Assembly (NCBI GenBank): GCA_050287845.1
Contig: JBNKCR010000013.1
Span: 1 to 64,000 of the forward strand
Reading direction: 5' to 3'
DNA length: 64,000 bases
Source: Polyangia bacterium
Lineage (GTDB): Bacteria; Myxococcota_A; Polyangia; JAAYKL01
This document shows, in pieces, positions 59,204-64,000 of the stretch. How positions within the stretch are numbered: the stretch's first letter is position 1; each line of letters starts with the position of its first letter. The position numbers were made by a program, and so were the translations under genes. A model generated the notes under the pieces. The model saw nothing but the letters and a program-made list of their open reading frames with translations, had not been told where the DNA came from and searched no databases.

Positions 59204-61075
59204 TTACAGTTTCTCCGTTGAGCCGACCGGCGCATCGAACAACCACCTGAAGTTATCCAGAATGACCTGGGAATCCAATCGCGCGTCCACCTCATCATGA
59301 ACAGAAAAAGTAAGGTAAATCCGGCTGTTGGGAGAAACCGGCCAGCTGGTCCGATACCATCCGGTCGAACCGCCCAGGATTTCGCTCTGCTCGGGGTCCC
59401 ATCCAAAACCGGTCCCCGCCAGGCTGGTTTCCTGAATGCTTTCAAAATAGTCGGAATTCACGCTGATTTCCTTCAGGGTCGACGTCCCGGAAAACGCCAT
59501 GTTGGTAGTGTCGCCCCCGTTCAACTCCTCCGCACGGATAATGGCATAAAACGCATCCTGATACGTCGCGTCCAGAGACTCCGGAAATTCAGTTGTCATG
59601 AAAATAAAATCAAAAGACAACCCTTCAACATTGGCGGGTACCTTCAGCGCCACATACAACTGAGTGGTGTCGAATACGGCTGCATCATCCGGAATGATTT
59701 CGTCTTCTCCGATATATATCGGCGCCGGGTCATCACTCGTGTCTCCCCAGGCGGTCCCTTCCTGGTGCGATCCGCTCTGAACTTCGCCAGTGGAAATAAT
59801 TGAATATCTGCACCCGGCTCGAACCCCCAAATCATTCGATACATCCCCGTAATGCGTGACAACATCCAGCGCGCCGATGTCCAGAGGATTCTCTCCGGTC
59901 GCATGCCAGCTGCCCGGACTGAAATAGAACCGATCGTCGCAGATGTCCATCGCAGCCAGCCAGTCCGCGTCGACGCCGCAATCACAGGGCGGGCTGGGCT
60001 CATCTATCTCGCCATCGCAATCGTCGTCAACCTCGTTCACCGCCACCTCCATCGACATAGGACCTGTTTGCGCATCGCAATCATTGCAATCGCCGTTCGA
60101 TTCCGAATATCCGTCACCGTCATCGTCGTTCAGAAGGCTGCCACAACGGACCACAGAATCGGTATCACCGGTATCAGATCCGGTATCCGTTTCGGTATCC
60201 GTACTTATATCCGTTTCGGTATCTGTTTCGGTGTCCGGTGGCATAGCCCCTTCGCAGCATCGCTGATCCCCGGCCCCGGGGCACACACCGTCCATCACCG
60301 TGCCCCCCCATGAAACGCAGTGCGGCAGGCACTCATATTCACATGCGTTGCCGGTTCCCGTATCGTTGTCTGAATCCGTGTCGGTTTCCGTTTCGGTCCC
60401 CACCTCCGTCTCGGTTCCGGTGCCCGTATCCATGTCGGTTTCCGTTTCGGTATCCGGTGGCATGGCTTCGGCACAACACCATAGCCCCTCGGGACAGACA
60501 CCTTCCATCAGAAAACCGCCCCATGTTATACAGTGCGCCAGACACTCGTACTCACATCCGGTATCGGTATCGATTTCCGAGTCCCAATCCGATGGTATAT
60601 CCGCCCCATCACAACATCGTTGATCTCCGGGACAACCACCTTCCAGCATTCTCCCCCCCCACGAAATGCAATGGGGAAGGCAGTCATACTCACATTCGGT
60701 ATCGGTATTTGTGTCCGAATCTGTGTCCGAATCGGTGTCCGTATCGGTATCCGTATCGGTATCCGTATCGGTGTCCGTATCTGTGTCCGTATCGGTGTCC
60801 GTATCGGTGTCCGTATCGGTGTCCGTATCGGTGTCCGTACCGGTGTCCGTACCCGTATCGACATCGCTGTCAGAGTCCAGAAAACCTTCAACACATTCTC
60901 TGTCAACACATCTGAAACCAAACTGACAGTGTTCATCGGAATCGCATTCGGGCATCAGTCCTGTCCGATGCCCGCACCCGACGCACAGGAGAATTCCCCC
61001 CAATAATAAAAGGAACCGCAGATTCAACCCCAATTTATAATGGTCAGCCAGTACAGATATCGAACGAAATTGCAT
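59204..61075 (-). CDS. Cys-rich surface lipoprotein with (DT)n linkers, Asp-rich metal-binding motif and choice-of-anchor-L-like C-domain
   Basis: Lipobox LLCVGC; three 6-Cys modules; DDDGDGY..DCND..DDDCDG; FDFIFMTTEFPE, GGSTGW, DSQVILDNFRW. Start uncertain. Confidence 0.75.
   Translation of the reverse strand: MQFRSISVLADHYKLGLNLRFLLLLGGILLCVGCGHRTGLMPECDSDEHCQFGFRCVDRECVEGFLDSDSDVDTGTDTGTDTDTDTDTDTDTDTDTDTDTDTDTDTDTDTDTDTDSDTDSDTNTDTECEYDCLPHCISWGGRMLEGGCPGDQRCCDGADIPSDWDSEIDTDTGCEYECLAHCITWGGFLMEGVCPEGLWCCAEAMPPDTETETDMDTGTGTETEVGTETETDTDSDNDTGTGNACEYECLPHCVSWGGTVMDGVCPGAGDQRCCEGAMPPDTETDTETDISTDTETDTGSDTGDTDSVVRCGSLLNDDDGDGYSESNGDCNDCDAQTGPMSMEVAVNEVDDDCDGEIDEPSPPCDCGVDADWLAAMDICDDRFYFSPGSWHATGENPLDIGALDVVTHYGDVSNDLGVRAGCRYSIISTGEVQSGSHQEGTAWGDTSDDPAPIYIGEDEIIPDDAAVFDTTQLYVALKVPANVEGLSFDFIFMTTEFPESLDATYQDAFYAIIRAEELNGGDTTNMAFSGTSTLKEISVNSDYFESIQETSLAGTGFGWDPEQSEILGGSTGWYRTSWPVSPNSRIYLTFSVHDEVDARLDSQVILDNFRWLFDAPVGSTEKL
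60697..60860. repeat. Coding tandem repeat, 12-bp unit ~GTGTCCGTATCG, encoding (Asp-Thr)n
   Basis: Contiguous degenerate 6/12-bp units with no spacers. Confidence 0.95.
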
Positions 61076-61185
61076 ATTTCTCCCCGATACAGTCCAGATC
61101 CCTTCCAGCCGAAGTGGATCCGCCACGCGTTTTAACCAACCGAACCTCCTGCATTCCCAATTTTTACCATCAACATGAAAAAAAC

Positions 61186-61211
61186 TCGGTCCAGTTATTC
61201 GGTCCAGTTAT
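61186..61211. repeat. Perfect 13-bp tandem duplication TCGGTCCAGTTAT
   Basis: 61186-61198 and 61199-61211, intergenic. Confidence 0.9.
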
Positions 61212-61265
61212 ACTGAAACTTCTGCTATCGTAAACTATACCAGAAAACTTTCGAAATCTGGAAAT

Positions 61266-62525
61266 TCAAAAGAATTTCTTTCTCGCCAGTGAAAGCAGGA
61301 CATCCGCTGTATTGTCCTCCGGATGCTCCAGCACAGAATCAAGAAGCATCGCCAGAATTTCGCCGATTCTCGGACCAGGTGAAATCCCGAGTTCAGAGAT
61401 CAGGTCGGCCCCTGAAACCGCAAGTTCTCCGATAGTCAATGGCCATAACGACCAGTCTACGGTCGACAATCGCTCTCTGAGCCAGTTGCCGCTGTGGCCG
61501 GCATGGGTGTTCTGCGCCGGATATGCATCGAGAAGCACCAGCAAATCAGGCACTGCGTCTTTCCCCACTTCCGAGATATATCTCCTTAGAGTACCGTCAC
61601 TGCAACTTTTTCCAGGAGAAACCGAAAAAAACTGAAGCAGATGCAGCACTTGCTTCCTCGTCCGCCGGTCTATCAGAAAACGCTCCAGCCAATTGGTCAC
61701 CTTCCGGGCGTCAATGCCAGTCCAGAATGCAACCAGTCGCAAATGCAAATGCGCAGGCACACTGTCCACAAAGGCAAGCGTCTGGTCCCAATCGCTGTCT
61801 GGTCTGCATTCATCCGCGGTGGGACAGACATATTTGAATACATCGTTCTGCAGCAACAGGCGAAGCCCTCTGGACGGGCGATTCGCCTGCATCAATTTGA
61901 GAAATTCATCCCGTTTCCGTTCGACTGAAACATTTTCGAGACGGTGGGCCGTGCGGGGGATGGCATCCGCTGTGCTCGGTTCAATCTCAAATTCCAATGT
62001 CGCGGCAAATCTGGCAGCGCGCATGATGCGAAGACCATCTTCATTAAATCGGGTTTCGGCGTTTCCAACTGCTACAAGCCGACGTTTCCGCAGATCGCGC
62101 TCGCCGTCGAACGGATCAAATATTTCCCGGGTCAGCGGGTTCCAGGCGATGGCATTTACGGTGAAATCCCGACGGGACAAATCTTCTTCAATACCCGTTA
62201 CAAACTTTACTGAATCCGGATGACGCCCGTCGCTATATCCCTTTTCAGAGCGCAGGGTGGTCACCTCAAATCCTTCCCTATCCATCAGAACGGTTACTGT
62301 ACCGTGTTCGATGCCCGTGGGGATCACCCGATGAAACATTCGCAGCATCTTGTCCGGCGTGGCCGTGGTTGCAAGGTCCCAGTCATCCGGAACATTTTCC
62401 AGAAGCAGGTCGCGAAGTGAACCACCAACCAGATACCCGTCTTCACCATGTTCCGACAGAATCCTGCAAATTTTCGTCACCTGTTCAGGAACTTGAAACT
62501 CAACAAACTTGCCTGACCTCTCCAA
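61266..62525 (-). CDS. cca: Class II tRNA nucleotidyltransferase (CCA-adding type)
   Basis: Motifs VGGSLRD, DWDLAT, EVTTLR, RRDFTVNA, EDGLRIMRAARF, SVER, PGPRIG; TTG start with AGGAG SD. Confidence 0.9.
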   Translation of the reverse strand: MERSGKFVEFQVPEQVTKICRILSEHGEDGYLVGGSLRDLLLENVPDDWDLATTATPDKMLRMFHRVIPTGIEHGTVTVLMDREGFEVTTLRSEKGYSDGRHPDSVKFVTGIEEDLSRRDFTVNAIAWNPLTREIFDPFDGERDLRKRRLVAVGNAETRFNEDGLRIMRAARFAATLEFEIEPSTADAIPRTAHRLENVSVERKRDEFLKLMQANRPSRGLRLLLQNDVFKYVCPTADECRPDSDWDQTLAFVDSVPAHLHLRLVAFWTGIDARKVTNWLERFLIDRRTRKQVLHLLQFFSVSPGKSCSDGTLRRYISEVGKDAVPDLLVLLDAYPAQNTHAGHSGNWLRERLSTVDWSLWPLTIGELAVSGADLISELGISPGPRIGEILAMLLDSVLEHPEDNTADVLLSLARKKFF

Positions 62526-62645
62526 TGTAAAACTCCTGAATGTGCAATCTGATTATTCTTGCTGATAATTTTTGCAATTCCCCCATAAATGTTAAACTTG
62601 CATACTATGTCTATCCGAAATACAAAATGAATATCATAGATAAAA

Positions 62646-64000
62646 ATGACTATCATTGGTAAATATCGACTTGAGAAAAAGCTTGCGCACGGTGGAATGG
62701 CTGAAATCTTTCTGGCACGGCCATCGGAAAGCCCCGCGGATGCCTCTCCTGTGGTGATCAAGCAGATTCTTCCCAATCTCGCCCATGATCAACGTTTTGT
62801 CGCCATGTTCCTGAATGAAGCACAGCTGGCAGCGCACATGCATCACCCCAACATCGTACGGGTTATGGAATTTGGAGAAGAAAACGGGCGGCTGTACATG
62901 GTGATGGAGTTTGTGGATGGTCTGGACTGCTGGCGCTTTTCACAACGATCTGAATTGTGGGGTGTACACCGCAGCGGCATTGCCATCTACATCATCCGTC
63001 AGGTACTGGATGCGCTGCACTATGCCCACAATGTCCGGGATGTGAATGGCGAATTGCTTCAGGTGGTACATCGGGATCTATCTCCGTCGAATATTTATTT
63101 TTCAAAAAATGGTGCGGTAAAACTGGGCGACTTCGGCATTGCCCGTATCGAATCCAACCGATTCCGTCCCGTGGAAATTATTCCCAAGGGCAAATACGGA
63201 TACATGGCGCCGGAGCAGGTTGAGGGGGGTCCGGTGGACATGCGCGCCGATGTTTATTCGGCGGGCGTCGTGCTTACGGAGCTTCTCATTCAGCAACAGC
63301 TGTTTACCGGTACCAGCCAACTGAGCATCATGCTGGACATTCGCGACGGCCGGCTCGATCGACTGCAACAGAATGCCGAAAAAATTCCCGGCGGCCTCAA
63401 ACAGATTCTCGAGCAGGCCCTGGCCAGGAATCCGGCTGACCGGTTCAAAACGGCCTTTGAGTTCAACGAAGCGTTGCTGAAATACCAATCCGCAACTGGT
63501 GAGAAGATTTCGAAAGGTCAGTTTGCAGCGCAGATCGAGAATGTCCTGCATAAGTCCAATACCCGCAGAGAAATCAGCTCCGACATTGGCGCCATCGCCC
63601 GCACGCTTGCCGGAAAAGAAATTCTCGGCCTTCAGATCACCAACTCCGATGGCGCGACCGCAGTGGACGCCATTGCCGACATCGGCCGCGACGGCACTCC
63701 GGTCACCCAGGACGTTGACGAACGCATTGGGAGTGCCAGATACTGGGCTCGACTCGAAAACAATTCCATTCTGGGCCCCACCCCCTTTGCGCATATCGTC
63801 GAGCTGATATACAATGATAAAATTTCGGCAGATACAGAAATATCCACAAATGGCAGAAGCTATCACCCCGCGCGTCAATACGAAGAGCTGGTGCGGCACC
63901 TACCGGTCTACACGCCAACATCAACACGCGACGAAGTGAATCAACCCAAGCGCAGGGGACTGATGGAAATTGAGTCACCATCAAATGTACTCCTCACAAT
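62646..64000 (+). CDS. Hanks-type Ser/Thr protein kinase with GYF-like domain (3' truncated by window)
   Basis: Absent from the ORF track. My translation gives MTIIGKYRLEKKLAHGGMAEIF, VVIK, HPNIV, HRDLSPSN, DFGIA, GKYGYMAPEQ, DVYSAG; later YWARLENNSILGP..IVELIY..ISADTEIS. No stop seen in the parts translated, including the last ~280 nt. Confidence 0.93.
   Translation, partial: MTIIGKYRLEKKLAHGGMAEIFLARPSESPADASPVVIKQILPNLAHDQRFVAMFLNEAQLAAHMHHPNIVRVMEFGEENGRLYMVMEFVDGLDCWRFSQRSELWGVHRSGIAIYIIRQVLDALHYAHNVRDVNGELLQVVHRDLSPSNIYFSKNGAVKLGDFGIARIESNRFRPVEIIPKGKYGYMAPEQVEGGPVDMRADVYSAGVVLTELLIQQQLFTGTSQLSIMLDIRDGRLDRLQQNAEKIPGGLKQILEQALARNPADRFKTAFEFNEALLKYQSATGEKISKGQFAAQIENVLHKSNTRREISSDIGAIARTLAGKEILGLQITNSDGATAVDAIADIGRDGTPVTQDVDERIGSARYWARLENNSILGPTPFAHIVELIYNDKISADTEISTNGRSYHPARQYEELVRHLPVYTPTSTRDEVNQPKRRGLMEIESPSNVLLT

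Noticed and set aside
60697..60860. Repeat array as CRISPR
   Set aside because: Contiguous 6/12-bp units without spacers, in frame within a CDS; no cas genes.

Overview
Mostly core chromosome of a deltaproteobacterial-type bacterium, most likely Myxococcota. That placement is an inference from the gspD-N gene order, DUF4398/OmpA-TSP3 lipoproteins, a (DT)n Cys-rich surface protein and a Hanks kinase with a GYF-like domain. From left to right: an Rrf2 regulator with cydAB; a carbohydrate block (GH130, LacI, His-phosphatase, TatD, SPS-like GT4); a Zn-ribbon/Tudor-like protein and a large secreted serine hydrolase; a hybrid kinase beside decayed two-component fragments; a REC-hydC-hydB-hydA [FeFe]-hydrogenase operon followed by an unusual LarC(N)-DsrE fusion; DAHP synthase; a 12-gene type II secretion operon lacking gspC behind a sigma54-like promoter; surE/nlpD/apt; tRNA-Pro, merR-like, ihfA, pheST, rplT, rpmI, infC (ATT start), thrS and tRNA-Val; fadD; two paralogous TPR/beta-barrel proteins with OmpA and DUF4398 lipoproteins; ACP, mazG, a PHP phosphatase, a repeat-rich lipoprotein, cca, and a Ser/Thr kinase cut by the window end. 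The best candidates for undescribed biology are the LarC-DsrE fusion next to an apparently non-bifurcating [FeFe]-hydrogenase, the SPS-like GT with a ~115-aa insertion in a mannoside gene block, and the four-gene outer-membrane module. No CRISPR array, transposase or prophage was seen. All calls come from reading motifs by eye; no searches were run.
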